Origin: Ginglymostoma cirratum
Taxonomy: Eukaryota
Direction: 5' to 3'
NCBI GenBank assembly: GCA_024137785.1
Contig: JAHRHZ010000085.1
Span: 2,902,975 to 2,954,017 of the forward strand
Length of the DNA stretch: 51,043 nt
The notes under the pieces are model-generated. The model worked only from the letters and a program-made list of their open reading frames with translations. It had not been told where the DNA came from and made no database searches. The translations under genes and the position numbers were made by a program. This document shows, piece after piece, positions 37,218 through 50,603 of the stretch (position 1 is its first letter; each line of letters begins with the position of its first letter).

Positions 37218-37905
37218 GTTAGTGTTACCACAGTAAACGTTAGGCCTTAGTTCCAATGGACAGTGAACGTGAGTTAGTAATTAAATTTTTTAAAATATAA
37301 GTGAATGTAAATCATTCACTTCTTTGGAACAACATATTCAAAAATATGGAAACAAAAACAAAGGATCATTAGTTCAGCAGTTGCTGAACTACGCAGTTCA
37401 GCAATTGCACTCTATCAGCAAATGGTATTGGAATTTGTGTTGCATTGAAAGCTGATGTAAGACTTCCAGGGGAAGCACTTTTTACGATTTAAGCGTGGAG
37501 TAACAGAGTGAATTGTCTGGAGGTTATCAGCAATATTAAGCACTTTAAATGCAATTTTATTATCAACTTTGAAAAGCCAAATTCCTGTTCCCCTCATTTT
37601 CTGTGATCCAGTGGCCCAGCCGCTGATTGCGACGAGCCGACAGTATGAAAACTCAAAGATATTTGTATAAATTAATATAGTCACAACGTAGTCTCCAATT
37701 TTGCTGAACATAACGGTGATGCATCAATTTCATTAGAAGGTCGTTACATGATAATAGTAATAGCAACCCCTACGAGTGTAAATAATGACGATCAATGCAG
37801 CTGCCATACTCAGATATAGGAGTTGGTTAGTTCAATCAACAGTTTAAGTTTTGGAGTCGAAGCGTAACATCCACATTGATTTAAATATTGTTATTTACAA
37901 TGCAG

Positions 37906-38211
37906 CTTCACCAGCTCCTCTGAAACTTGTATCAATACATTTTGAAGACCCTTCATCTGCTTCTTTCAAGCTGTTATGCAGGACATCTGGCTTTTATCCA
38001 GAAGACTATAACCTCACTTGGCACAGAAACGGTACACAAATCGTCACTGGATTTAAAAATGTAAAACAGGCAAAAGGTGACGGACTTTTTGAAGTAGTCA
38101 GCTCCTTGGACGTGCCAAATATACCCAAACGTGATACAGTGTACATGTGTCAAGTACATCACGTTTCGATCACATTTCCAGTAAATGCTAGCTACATTCT
38201 GACAAGCGAAG
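37906..38211 (+). CDS. Copy B Ig C1-set exon, intact frame (306 nt, phase 1/1)
   Basis: SPAPLKLV...LLCRTSGFYPEDYNLTWHRNG...DGLFEVVSSL...VYMCQVHHVS; tgcag| acceptor and |gtaaga donor. Confidence 0.88.
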
Positions 38212-39262
38212 GTAAGATTGTGTGACACGGTGTACATTAATCTTTCAGATATTGTTTTAAAAAGGTTGACAAAGTAGAAAGTGAGTACTACAGTCAACTG
38301 CCTTTAATTGTGTCAATCCTTAAATTTAGCATTATATGGTTAAAGGTTTATTTTCTTCAGCTTATTCCGAACATGTGCAGTATATTGTCACGTTGGAGAC
38401 AGCCAATAATGGATATTCGTCATGCAGAGGTCCAATAATTTAGATTAAATACAAATGTTGCAATTCATTTCGGAAGATAAGTTCAGTGTTAAATTCAAAA
38501 ACTAGAAATGTTATAAAGGGGCAATGTGAATAGGGAGGAATATCAACAAATGTGGAGTGGCAAACGCTCGAAAGGTTTCCGTTGGAAATGATGACTTTCC
38601 TGCTCCTCGCGTGCTGTCTGACCTGCTGTGCTTTTCCACCTCCACAATTATTGATTGTAGCTTCCAGCATCTACAGTCCTTACCGTCTGTGAGAGGAATA
38701 TCATCAGGTTATACAGCAGAGAAAAAGCCCTTTGGTCCATTGGGTGCAGCCCACCTATTTACACGAATCACACTTTCCAGCACTTTGCGCATCGACTTGA
38801 ATGGAATGACATTTGAAGTGCTCATCCATGTACATTTCTTAAAGCTTTCCGACCTGCACTACCCTCCCAGGCAGTGCATTCATTTTACTTAACACCCTCT
38901 TGGTGAAAAATCAATCTTCAATTTCGCTCAAAACCGCTTGCCTTTCCCTGTACAAATTATGCCCTCTCTTATTCACCCTTAAACTAAAGAAAACAGTTGC
39001 TTTTAATCCACCCTGTCCAAGTTTTCATAGTCATATACACTTCAATCAGGGATCCCCTCCACCTTTTCTTCTCCAAAGAAAATAGTCCGTGCTCTTTCAG
39101 AAACGTCACAGCTGAAATGTTCCAAACCAGACAGCATTCTGGTGAATGTCTTCTGCACCCTCTCCAGTGCAATCAAATCTTCCCGTATTGTTGGGCCGAA
39201 AGAATCTAACAGATTGCTTTAAGGTCTGATTGAAATGATGACAAGAAGACATGTGCACTCAT

Positions 39263-42200
39263 TGTATAGCTAATTTATTTAGTTCGTACTTCGTAAGTAT
39301 ATGAATTAATAGTTGACATTTTAAATTGTGGATATATTTTAAAGTGAAATGGTTAGGTTAATCCACTCAGATATATGTTAAACATATGATTCTCATACCG
39401 TCATTCAGACTCGGCGGGGTCTTTGGCAATGGCAGCACTTGGAACTCTGTCTCAGATTCCACGGTGCTCGTCTCACGAACTTCAGCCCAACGGTGAAAAT
39501 CCAATCACTGGGACAAATCCCCGATATTAACACTGTTCTGAATCTACTATTACACGATAAGCACCATTTCATAGCACTTACAGTACTTCTCCTGGTATTT
39601 CACTGTACAGAAATCAAGTTGGAAAAAAAGACTTGCGGGATGGCTTCTTTTTAACTGCACATTATAGTGTTTCCCACCCAACCAAGGTCATGCAGTTACC
39701 TCCCAGCCAAAGAAGGCCGGTTTTACACTAAATTTACACTAAATTTTTCACTTGTCTTCAATTCTGATTTTCATGTCCAATTAACCCTAAATGATTAACA
39801 CTGACTAGTTAGATTTGGTTATGTCATTTTTAAGCCCAGACCACACAACATCCATTGATGTCTTCAAACTCGATTATCGAACCATAATACAAGCATGTGC
39901 ATGCTGCTCAGTAGCTATAATTTGGTTTTTCATCCTAGATAGTTTACAGGCATTTCAAAGGTACATAAAAACAAGAAACAAGCAATTAACAATAATATAG
40001 ACAATTGAATACCATAGCAGTGAGAGTACAGCTGAAGCTTTTGGTGACCAGCCGTTAAATACGCTCCACTAATGATGCATAAAAAGGGTTCCTATACTGT
40101 CTGCTTTGCGAATCAATTGATCATGGCTGTAAGTCATGGCAGTTCTTGATGTAAGAAGCCATGGTGTACTGTTCCCAAGTGAGAAATAATCTGTTCATGA
40201 TTGGCAAGGAGAGTTTGCAATTTCTTAAATATCACATGTGGAAATACCCTACCCGATACACAGTTATCGCCTCCCATTCTTTGATTATATGGTGTTTATA
40301 TCTATTTTTCTCAGAGAAACATGTATTTTGTCCCTAAATAGATTGGCAGATGGTTCTGCTGTCTTATCATTCAGGTAGACACTGTGTGTTGGAATCCAAT
40401 ATGTGGTTCAGGCCAATTTCTTAGATGTTATTTCTTATTTCTTATCATGTTTCAAAGGTAAGGAAATTTAAGGGGCATAACAGGCCTTCTGGCTATTGTT
40501 CCTAGTGGGTCTCATTGTTGTTATTCAGCCATGTGCCAAAAAACACAGGTGTCCCCGCAGCATACCCCGAGACAGATGAGGAGGGTGATGGACTGACACC
40601 ATATTTGCTGCTATGTACTTGTTTTTTTTAAATGGCATGACGTGCTGAGACAGCGTAATTACTATTTAACAAATCAAGCAAAAATGTTAACTTGGTAATG
40701 GTGAGGGGAAACATTTGTTTCCAAGACTACAGGTTTCCCGATGGCAATGCATTGGTTACTTTAACGTCTTTGCACTAAAACTATACCGCTCGAGCAGATT
40801 ACAATGTATTCAGTTAGCTTCAGCACGAAGATTCAGCTGGATGTTATGCAATTCCTAAACGGTGCTGTTAGCAAACTTCCAAACCTCGTTGGTCAAAAAC
40901 CAATTTGCTAAATCTCTATGGGTTAATGGTTTGGCCCACACAGCAAGTCGTTTATTCGCTTTCTTTGCGACTTGCCCAGCTTTAGCAATTCTATTTTATA
41001 TTGTTTCAGTACTAATGGAAGTAAATACGCCTATTCCCGCCTCTGCCCAAAAAAGAATGACGACGAGTACTTTCTTCCTGCCTCGCATCTGTAATGTTGT
41101 TCGTGTGTATATCGAACAGCAATTGGGAAGGTTATTTATTTCTAATAGTTATCTCCACTGTCACGGTTAAAACAATATTCGGTTTGGGGTGCAGTATCAT
41201 ACAACTGTATGGCATTTCATGGAGATGAATTCATGGCCCACCATAATAATCTACAAAATAGTTTAACCCCGTTATCTCTGCGGCATTTTGACAAACCAGC
41301 TAATCACCCTGCATATGCACCACTGCCAGGCAACATCTCCCTTTGGCCCTGTGGCCCAAAGTCCGAGTAAAAAACCAGTTCAGTGGTGAGGTGTAATTAG
41401 GTTAAGTGAGGGACATGTCTTCTTCAATAACCTTGCATTTCCACAAAGCTTTGGGCCATTTCTTTAGCGGTCTGGGCCTGAACCTCGCTGGTTTTATTTC
41501 TCACTTTGTCAGGAATAACAGGGTGTCCCCGGTCTATTGTATTCTCAGCAAAATAACACAACAGCTTGGTCGCTGGATTTTCTCAGGATTAACTTCCCAG
41601 CCTTTATCCCGTAGGTGCTGAGTCAAAGTAGCTATGTTTTCGGCGATTGCTTCCTCTGAAGGGCCACGTAGCAATATATGACCAATATAGAGGGCTGTTA
41701 TATCGCTGGAGAGAGGGAACATCTCCAAATCCTGACTATTAAACTGCGGCAGAGGGTTGGAGTGCGCAAGTAGCCCTGCGCAACCTACAAACTGTGTGTC
41801 CTATGCCCTCTCGTGAGAAAGCAAACTCATTCTGTTAATTCCCATCAAGGGCAATTAAAACTAAAGCGTTAGCCATGTCGCCTGCGGCAAACCATTCATA
41901 AGTTCCCAATGACAGTGATTCCAATAATGTTACAATCTCTGGGAGAGCTGATGTTAACGGTGATGCGTGTTGGTTTAAACGTCAGTCATCAACCACCATT
42001 CTCCAGTTCCCGTCTGGTTTCTGAACTAACCACACAAGGCAGTTATACCGGGAGAAGTAAGTGATACGACCCTTGCTGTCACTGACCCTTCAATAGTGTC
42101 TGTGATCTCTTTGTGCCCCCAATACAGCTTACCATTAACAATGCGTGAAGGGAATGGAATGTATTGGGATTCTGACTCAGCTTTCCCAACTACCATATTC

Positions 42201-45120
42201 ATCCTTCGTACACCAAATCATGACTTTCCTGTTGGGGTCCCTATTCCCATTCCCCTCACAACATCCATCCAGACAATATTTTCGTTTATGCTGCATATTA
42301 ACACAGATACCATCCGCGGTAGTCTATTCCCCATTGCCAATCGCACCAGTGACCGCATCGCTGGTCTTTCAGCTCTCTCAAAGCTATTTATAGTCATATT
42401 AGATCCCACATGTCTGGAAGATATTGAGCGAGACCACAAGGTGCTGTTAATTTCAATTTTGTCAATGAATTGTGATAGGGATGTTTGGCCTCTGGACCCT
42501 TGAGTCCACACTCTCTTTTGGTAACATCTCAGTGTCCCGGCCACTTTCCCAGTCGAGGGAAGAGGCATCTAAATCAGAATTGGTGTCTCACACCATGGGA
42601 GGGGTCAATGTCCCCTTTGGTCCCTGACCGGATTAACAAATCTACTTCCAAAGGGAACACATAACACTGGTGGTGATACCATGCATTTTCTGTCTATTTC
42701 GGACCTGTCGGTGCCTGTTTTCCATAAAGCATAGACATTTTATTTTGCAGAGTTTCCTCATTCGCTTCCCCTTCTTCCCTGGGTTTTCCTTGTTACCGAT
42801 CTCCTGCATGAGCTTGGCGCACTCGCATCCACCAACTGTCGAAACAACATTACAGCTACACCGCCTGGTCTGCCCTGAGCTGGTCCGTACATTGCCAGCA
42901 GCGTCCATCTGAGATGAGTTGGTCCAAAGTGCATGAGCTGGATTCTCATTCGGCTTGTGAAAGCTTCTTGGTCCATCCCTGGAAATTGTTGATGTACAAT
43001 CCCGTTTGTGTAGCTAACTCCGGAATCGGGCACTTCCCTGTGATATTGTACGCCACGGGACAGCTTCCTGCTCTCAATCTATGAGAGGTCCCGATATTTA
43101 GTTCTCACTGCTATGCGTCTTCATGCAGTGAATGCTCCTGTTCCCTGCGCTCCATGGAGAGCATTCTGCGTGGCTGTGTGTAGAGACAAGGCTCCTCATT
43201 ATTGAGAGAAACATGAGGTATCACGGAGTCTCACAGCCGGGTTATCCAAGCTCCCAGTGCACTGCTTTCTGCTGGAATATTTTTCCCCAAATCCTGCAAT
43301 TCTGTCAGTTAGTAATCCCGCACTATGAGAGCATGCTTTGGGGGGCCTGCTGGCCTTGCCTCTTAGCTGTATTAGTTACTAACGGGCGCGCTAAGGGGCA
43401 CATTATCACCATTAGGGACTCCTTCCCCATCAGTCCCCTCGTACTCCGAATCAGATGAATATGAGTCCCGGTGATTGGGGACCAGCTGAAGCAAATAAAA
43501 AGGACACTTCAGCTGGATTCACCTCCCACTTTGTTTTTTTTCCTGCACGCCCGCTCTTTGTGCTGCAATGTGGCCAATTTGCAGGTTATCCCGTTTGAAA
43601 GTCTGTTCTTACCAGTCCGGCAGTTAGACACACCATTGTTCTGCCCTTCTCATATTCCGATCACTTAATGTGCAATGTCAACATTCTTGCTCCCACAGCA
43701 CTCCAACTCCCACTACAGCCCCCAACACCCAAAATTGCATACGTGCTGCCCCCTCCAGACTTCACCAGCTCTGATGAAGGGTGGTCCAGACCCGAAATGT
43801 TAGCTTGCTATCCCTCCATGTGACCCGCTGTGATTCCCAGTACTTTTTGTTTTCATTACAGGCTGGACGAGTCTGCTTCTACTCAGATTTATCTGCTCTT
43901 TCCTAAGTGGTCCGAGCCGCCCTCGCCAGCACAGTGGTCAATGTCCCATTCGCCTCCTTGAAATCTCGAACCTCCCGGGGCAGCAGACGGGAGGCCGCTC
44001 AGCAGGATCCACGCCACAGGGGTAGCGCTCTTGGTTTGCTTTGAGAAACCTACTTCCCGCAGACAGCCCTTCATGGCACAGAGTAATCCCTTGGGATTCT
44101 GCTTCTAATCGCTTTCCCAAAACTAATTGGTCCTGCCACATACAACCGGTCACTAACTCACGGAACCAATTATTACAGGACCTTCCGAGACACACAATGC
44201 TTCCACAGCCAAAGTATCCTTTATTTCCTTCAACATTTCGCTCAGACCCCACACGCAGCACCAAATATATTGTTCGGCTGAAAGTACCCAACTGGCTCTT
44301 TAAATTCTGGTCACAATGATTACTCGGGTACTTCAATATGTATAATTTATTGGGCTAAAATACTTAATACAAAACTGATTTACAACTGAGAGACAGTAAG
44401 AACTGGCGATGCTGGAGTCAGAGATAACACAGTGTGGAGCTGGATGAACACAGCAGGCCAGGCAGCATCAGAGGAGCAGGAAAGCTACTTTTCGGGTCTG
44501 GATCTTTTTTCAGAAATGTGTTTCTGAATTTCCGAAGAATGGTCCCGACCGAAACATCAGTTTTCCTGCTCCTTTGATGCTGCCTGGCCTGCTGTGTTCA
44601 TCCAGCTTCACATTGAATTACAACCGTTCGTTTACACTACATATGTATATTAAAGCTAACCGGTGACGTTAACCTACTGAGATATATATTAAACATGTGA
44701 GTTTCAAACTGCCATTACGCTCCTCGGGGATTTTGACGATGGAGCTTGGAGCTCTACTTGGAGCTCTATCTCCAATTTCACGGCGCCTGTCTCACTCCCA
44801 ACAGTGAAAGTCCAATGAGCGGGGCACAATCCCCGATATGAAACTTGTTTTGAATCTAATGTTACGTGCTGTTTCACCGTTTGGTCGTATTTTCAGCGCT
44901 TTCCCACGCATTCCACTGTGCGAAAACAGGTTAAAAACACTTTCAAGCTGTTTCCTTTTTAATTGCACAATATTGTGTTTCCCTCCCAGCCAAAAGTTGC
45001 TGCTTTGCAGTAACCTGGTAATTTTCTACTTGTCTTCAATTGCACATTGTCATGTCCAGTTTACCCTTAACGAATCGTTCTCATGCTCTGTTTTGCAGAT
45101 AGATTTAAGCCAACACTACA
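39263..45120 (-). mobile_element. Endogenous retrovirus, copy B (LTRs about 39263-39845 and 44339-45120)
   Basis: Collinear with 6767-13458; RT ORF 41534-41728; env cleavage region MRGRKK|VLVVILFWAEAGIGVFTS at ~41090-41015; the protease motif region is deleted near 42560. Confidence 0.85.
44386..44612. mobile_element. Palindromic Penelope-derived element, counterpart of 12735-12961
   Basis: Same arms; TSD tga(t/a)ttacaac. Confidence 0.85.
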
Positions 45121-45129
45121 CCTTACTAG

Positions 45130-46870
45130 AGTGTAGTGACGAGAACTGCACACACTACTCCCGCTGTGGACTAACTAAAGTCCTGTAAAACTCCAATGTC
45201 ATCTCTCTCCTCTGATCATCTACACCATCCCAGACAATAGCATGCACCCTGTAGGTTTCTCAACCATCCTACGAATCTGCCTTGTCACCTTCAGTGATCT
45301 GTGAACAAGAAGTCCAAGGTCTTCCTGTTCTTCTGAATTTCCTTGTGTCTTGTCATTCATTGAGCAGTCTCTTCTGTTGTTATTTCTTCCAAAGCCCATT
45401 GAATATCTTCTAATACATTCAGAAACCAATGAGGCCGAAAGTGAATGTCGCCATTCATCATAATATAAACATAATTTGTTCATTCTTTTGGTGTACATTG
45501 AATGTGGTATTTACTGGGAGGACATTTATTGTCTGTACCTAATTGCCAAGAGAGCAGCTAACAGCCATCCAATTTGCAGTGAGTCACATGCAGGCCAGTT
45601 AACAATGGCAGAATTACTTCCAGCAGGACATGAGTAAACTGAGATAACAAGGTGTCGGGCTGGATGAATACAGCAGGCCAAGCAGCATCATAGGAGCAGG
45701 AAAGCTGGACGTTTCGGGCCTAGACCCTTCATCAGAATCATTAGTAAACTGACTGTTTTTTGTGTCATAGAGATAAATAGCATGGAAACAGACCCTTCAT
45801 TCCACCTCATCCATGCCTACCATATACCATGAATTAATCTAGTCCCATTTGCCAACATTTGGTCCATATTCATTCGAACCCTTCCTATTCATACACGCAT
45901 CCAGGTACCTGTTAAATGTTGCAATTGTACCAGCCTCTACCACTTCTTCTGCCTTTTCATTCCAGACACACAACAATGTCGTCTGCGTGAAAAAGTTGAC
46001 CTTGGATCTCTTTTAAATCATACTCCTGCCACCTGAAACCTATGCCCTCTAGTTTTGGACTCGTCTACCCTGGGGAAAATAGTGATTATCCATCCTATCC
46101 ATGATCTATGATTTTACAGATCTGTATAAGCCCAACCCACAGCCTCCAACACTTCAGAGAAAATGGCTTCAGCCTATTCAGCCTTTCACGATTGCTTAAA
46201 CCCTCCAAACATGGTAACATCCTTGTAAATCTTTTCTGAACGCTTTCAAGTTTATCAACATCTTTCCTATAGCAAGGAGATCAGTGTTTTTAAGACAAAC
46301 ATTATTCCAGGTTTTTATGAAATTCAAATTACACCATTTAGCTCGAGTTGCTCTATTATAGAAAAGAGATTATTGAACGAGAAAGTCGGCAGATAAGATT
46401 TCCTTGGATGCTACATGGACTGGAAGATTTGAGTTATAAGGAGAGGCTGGATAGTGTGGGCCTTCTTTCCTTAGAGCATAGAAGATGAAGGGTGACCTTG
46501 TAGAGGTCTGAAAAATCATGAGAGGCAGACGTAAGTAGGTAGCTAACAGTTTCTCCCCATGATAGGAGAGTCTCAGAGGAGACGGCATAGGTTTAATGTA
46601 AGAGGGGAGAGATACGAAAGAGTCCAGAGGAGCGATTTTTTTTCACATAGAGTATGGTAAATGTCTGCAAAAGTCTGCCGGAGGTAGTGGCGGAGGCGAG
46701 TACAATTTTGTCATTTAAGAAACACTTGGACAGGTGCATGGATGGGATGGGTATGGAGTGATATGGACCAAACTTAGGCAAATGAGACTAGTTTAATTGT
46801 GAAAACTGGGCGACACGGATAATTTGGGCCAAAGGGCCCGTTTCCGTGCTGTAAACGCATATGACTCTAT
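45130..46870. mobile_element. CR1/HER1 LINE fragments in both orientations plus a B-specific Penelope-type insert (~45640-45737)
   Basis: Collinear with 13470-15090; the insert is flanked by duplicated 'agtaaactg'. Confidence 0.75.
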
Positions 46871-47423
46871 GACATAGCTCCACACATCCAGTAGCTCCAG
46901 TTTATATCCCCTGTTCATTATAATGCCACGTACTTGATTAAATACTAAACATAGAGTCACAGATGATTGGGAGGACTGCAGGGAGATTGAAATTATTTCA
47001 ATGGAAGTTCACCTCTACGGAAAACCCAAGCAAATCTGAAAGCAGGTTCCATTATATACTTTTTCTGACTTTAATCTCAATGCGATCCAATTCAGCTCCC
47101 ACCAAACAGTTTAATATTTTGATAAATAGCTTCGTCAGCTGACCACTTATTGTAATTAGCTCTATTTACATTTATTTTAATTGTGTCATTAGTTGAGATA
47201 CTTTAATCATTTACCTATTCCTCTAAGTTCCAAATACTTTGTTTCCAGCTGCACATGGGTTAGTTGAACAAAGAGACTGCAACATTGAAATGCTGTGACT
47301 TTATGTACTCTATGCATCGTATGTGCAAGGCTGTAAAATGACAATGATAGATATGATATTTAAACCTGCGTATTTTCAGTTTCTGTTCTAATTCCTAATT
47401 TTGAATCTATATTAACATTACAG

Positions 47424-47537
47424 ATTTTCCCTCTGAAGTCACTGTTACTATGGCTGCCAGTTGTGCCATTCGTGCACTTGCAATTCTCATATTGACCGTG
47501 ATGATTGCCAAAGGTGTTCTGTTCTTTATCTCCAAAG
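47424..47537 (+). CDS. Copy B transmembrane exon (114 nt, phase 1/1) with an intramembrane Arg
   Basis: ttacag| DFPSEVTVTMAASCAIRALAILILTVMIAKGVLFFISK G|gtatga. Confidence 0.78.
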
Positions 47538-47953
47538 GTATGAACAGAATAGAAATGACTCACTGAAATTAGTGTAATTGGGAGCTGAATTTCTGAATTG
47601 TACAGTTTAAACAACTATTTTCTATGAAACCTCTTTCAAACATGTACCTTGCTTCACATCAAATATGAAGGAAGAGGATTTGAAGTTTCACTTTGCGAAC
47701 TTGCATGAGTGGATGTGAAAATTGTATTGATGAAAATCATTGCTGAAAGAAGTTTCTGTAGCGTCATACCCGAAAACATAAATTCATAGCATCTGTGTGT
47801 AACAATTAGAGCTGTATTGCGAAACTGTTGTTCCTATTGTATCCTGTTTACAAACACCGATTCGTAGTCAAATTGCTTACGGTTTCTTTGTTTTGCTTAT
47901 GCGTACAAATATCAGCTTTTATTGTTGGTGAGTAATGTCATTTTTATTTCTAG

Positions 47954-48002
47954 GTGGGGGAAAGAAAAAAAATCAATCAATCGAACTCAGTATGAAGATG
48001 TG
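47954..48002 (+). CDS. Copy B cytoplasmic exon 1 (49 nt)
   Basis: ttttatttctag| ... |gtgagg; reads GGGKKKNQSIELSMKM in phase 1, or WGKEKKSINRTQYEDV in phase 2. Confidence 0.65.
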
Positions 48003-50603
48003 GTGAGGCCAATTTCCTTCATTGTGTTTATTTTAATTTTCAAGTCTATTTGAACAATTTAAACCAGGAACACAAATGTATATTTCTATAAAGTCAGAGA
48101 GAGTCTTGAACATTACATCAGCTCTCAAAAACACAACAAACGGTTGCAACTGTTTTAAATCTTCAAACATAGCTGCCAAGTATCATTGAGTCTTGTTTTC
48201 ATTCGCACTTACCAAGTGACAGTATGCAGAAAAATTTTGCCACGTTGGTTACAGACATTATAATCAATGTTGATTGCATTGGACTGATGACTGTTTTGAA
48301 TGGTAGGTTTCCAGGTGCGAATAGCGATGATTGTTCCCGCCTTCTTTTCTACGCTATTCAAAATTCATTCATGCATTAGTCTGAGTTCGGTGATTTTGTC
48401 TGACTTCTACCAAGAGACACTACCAAAGAGCTCAATATATTGTGCAGACAGCTTGCACAAGTTGGCTTCCTTTGAAAGCTTTTATCGTCGGCTGTCTCTC
48501 GGCTCGTGCAACGTGCTGCAGCACCAGGTATTCTTGGAAAACAAAATAATCAAGCTGTAGTGATGCAACCCTCTATCATTTTTTAATTTTCAACATGTGA
48601 ATATCAGTGACATGTGAGAGGCAGCTCCCTATCTTTGACACCTGAAAAAGAGCAAGCGGGACTTATTCAGGAATAAGTGTTTGGCAAAAGTTGAAATCTC
48701 TGGTTGACCACTCCAAGGGACACAGTGCAATTACACATATATATTCTTGACTAAATTTGAATGCAAAGCACACCAGCTGATTACCTCTTTAAATGCATTT
48801 TAAAGCAGTTAAAGTCTTTAAATCAATTGGACCGCTTTTTTATCTCTGTTTCAGTCGTGGATCTGAATTTGTTTTTTTAAAAAATTTCATTCTCCTTCGT
48901 TCAGTAAATTACTGCAAAAATGGTCGACTCTTTCTTTGCATCTGATACCTGCAACTCCCTCCCTGACAGCAATATTACTAATTGATCTGGACTGCAGTCA
49001 AGAAAGCTGGTGTGCTGCTGGACTTTTAATAGGCAACAATTATTGGCGCCAAATACTGGCCTTGCCTATGAGGCTCACATCCTATTAAAAATAGTACGTC
49101 GTGCAAAATAGACCCACTTACATGCTGCAGGTGCAGCAAAACTTAAATTCCTTTCTTGGAGGTCTTCAGAAAATTATGTCAAAGAATTTACTCCAATACT
49201 ACACATTTTTCTGTGAAATTGTTGCAGCTGCACTGCTGTAGGAGACAGAATAAAGTCCTCTGATGTACAGGTGCTTTGCTCAGCCTGTGTTTTATTGTTC
49301 CATGAACCGTGGATCAGATGGAAAGAGAAAACAAAATTATCTATGATTGAGAAATACTTCACAGGAAACCAAAGGGTACATTTTAATGTACTGAAATATT
49401 GTGAATTAAGTAATAGACAAAAGTCACTTATTTTCCATGTCAGTCACCTGACCATTTTACTCCCTAAAGAGTTGACAATTTTCTAACGTAAAACATCAAT
49501 AATTTACTTTAAACATACGATCTGGCATCAGGTATACCTTGCAAATTCTTTGAAAGCGCGCTGCATCTTCATCTTCACTTCACACTTCGACACCTTCATT
49601 TCTGACCGTTTCGATGGCCCATTGAAATAATTACCTTTCCTATTCAGTGGGGAGCAGGGTGTTTCTAAAATTAATTTTGTAATTGCAGTGTTAAGGACAG
49701 TTAATCCTTCTCTCTAATTAACCTCCTAAAGTACCTAATTTAAAGTGAGGGAATGGTTAGCCAAATCCTGCACCATCGATCCTCCGAATGAAGGACATTC
49801 GTATGAAAAGCAGAAATTGTTGGAAAAGCTCAGCAGGTCTGGCAGCATCAGGGGAGAGAAATCAGAGTTAAATTTTCAGCTCGAGTCACCCTTCCTCAGA
49901 TAGATGTTACTCATATATTTCGAATAGGTGCAACTTATTATTTCAGTCTGAAGTACCAGGACCTGTGATTTTTTATATCATTATTAAATAAAGACAAATT
50001 TATTTTTGCTTTATTTAATAAACTTTACTGCATGTTGAAAATGTGGCAGAATGTAATAAAACAGGAATTCACCTCTCAGAATTCAAAAACCTACTTACAT
50101 TGAACTGATGATTGCAAACATTTCGCCTGAACACTGCACAATTGCAGCATTTCCTGGTAACTTTAAATTAAAATTATTATAAGATTAATAGTACTGAAAA
50201 ATAATGTTTACTTGTGATTCGTTGTGATTTTTCTGGCAAGGAACAGTTTAATGATTGTAATGAAGTGTGAGCAAAGTCAGTACAATAATCTATCGGAACA
50301 AATTACTGCAGATATTGAAAACAACAAAGGCTGGAGACCACAGTGGATCAGACAGCATCCTTGGAGAGAGAGTAAGCTAAAATTTTGAGTATAGATGGCT
50401 TTTTATCAGATTTCTGGTGAAGCGTCATTTTGTCCGGAAACATTAGCTTGCTCTGTCTCTATGTCGGAATTGTCTGACCTGCTACGATCTCCGACATTCG
50501 TTGCTTTCAGTACAACAAACTAATTGTTCATGTTAACAATGCACAATTGTCTCTTTACTCCAAAACAAAATAATCAAATGAATGGTTACTCTTGACTTTC
50601 CAG

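Noticed and set aside
37229-37270. CACAGTA just after the copy B V exon, resembling an RSS heptamer
   Set aside because: No nonamer at 12- or 23-nt spacing, absent in copy A, and the V exon already includes the G strand and a splice donor. These are not rearranging Ig/TCR segments.
47516-47525. TGTTCTGTTC as a recent 5-nt duplication causing B's frameshift
   Set aside because: Relic D has aligned sequence of equal length here (tgtttctattc), so the bases appear ancestral and the frameshift site remains unresolved.
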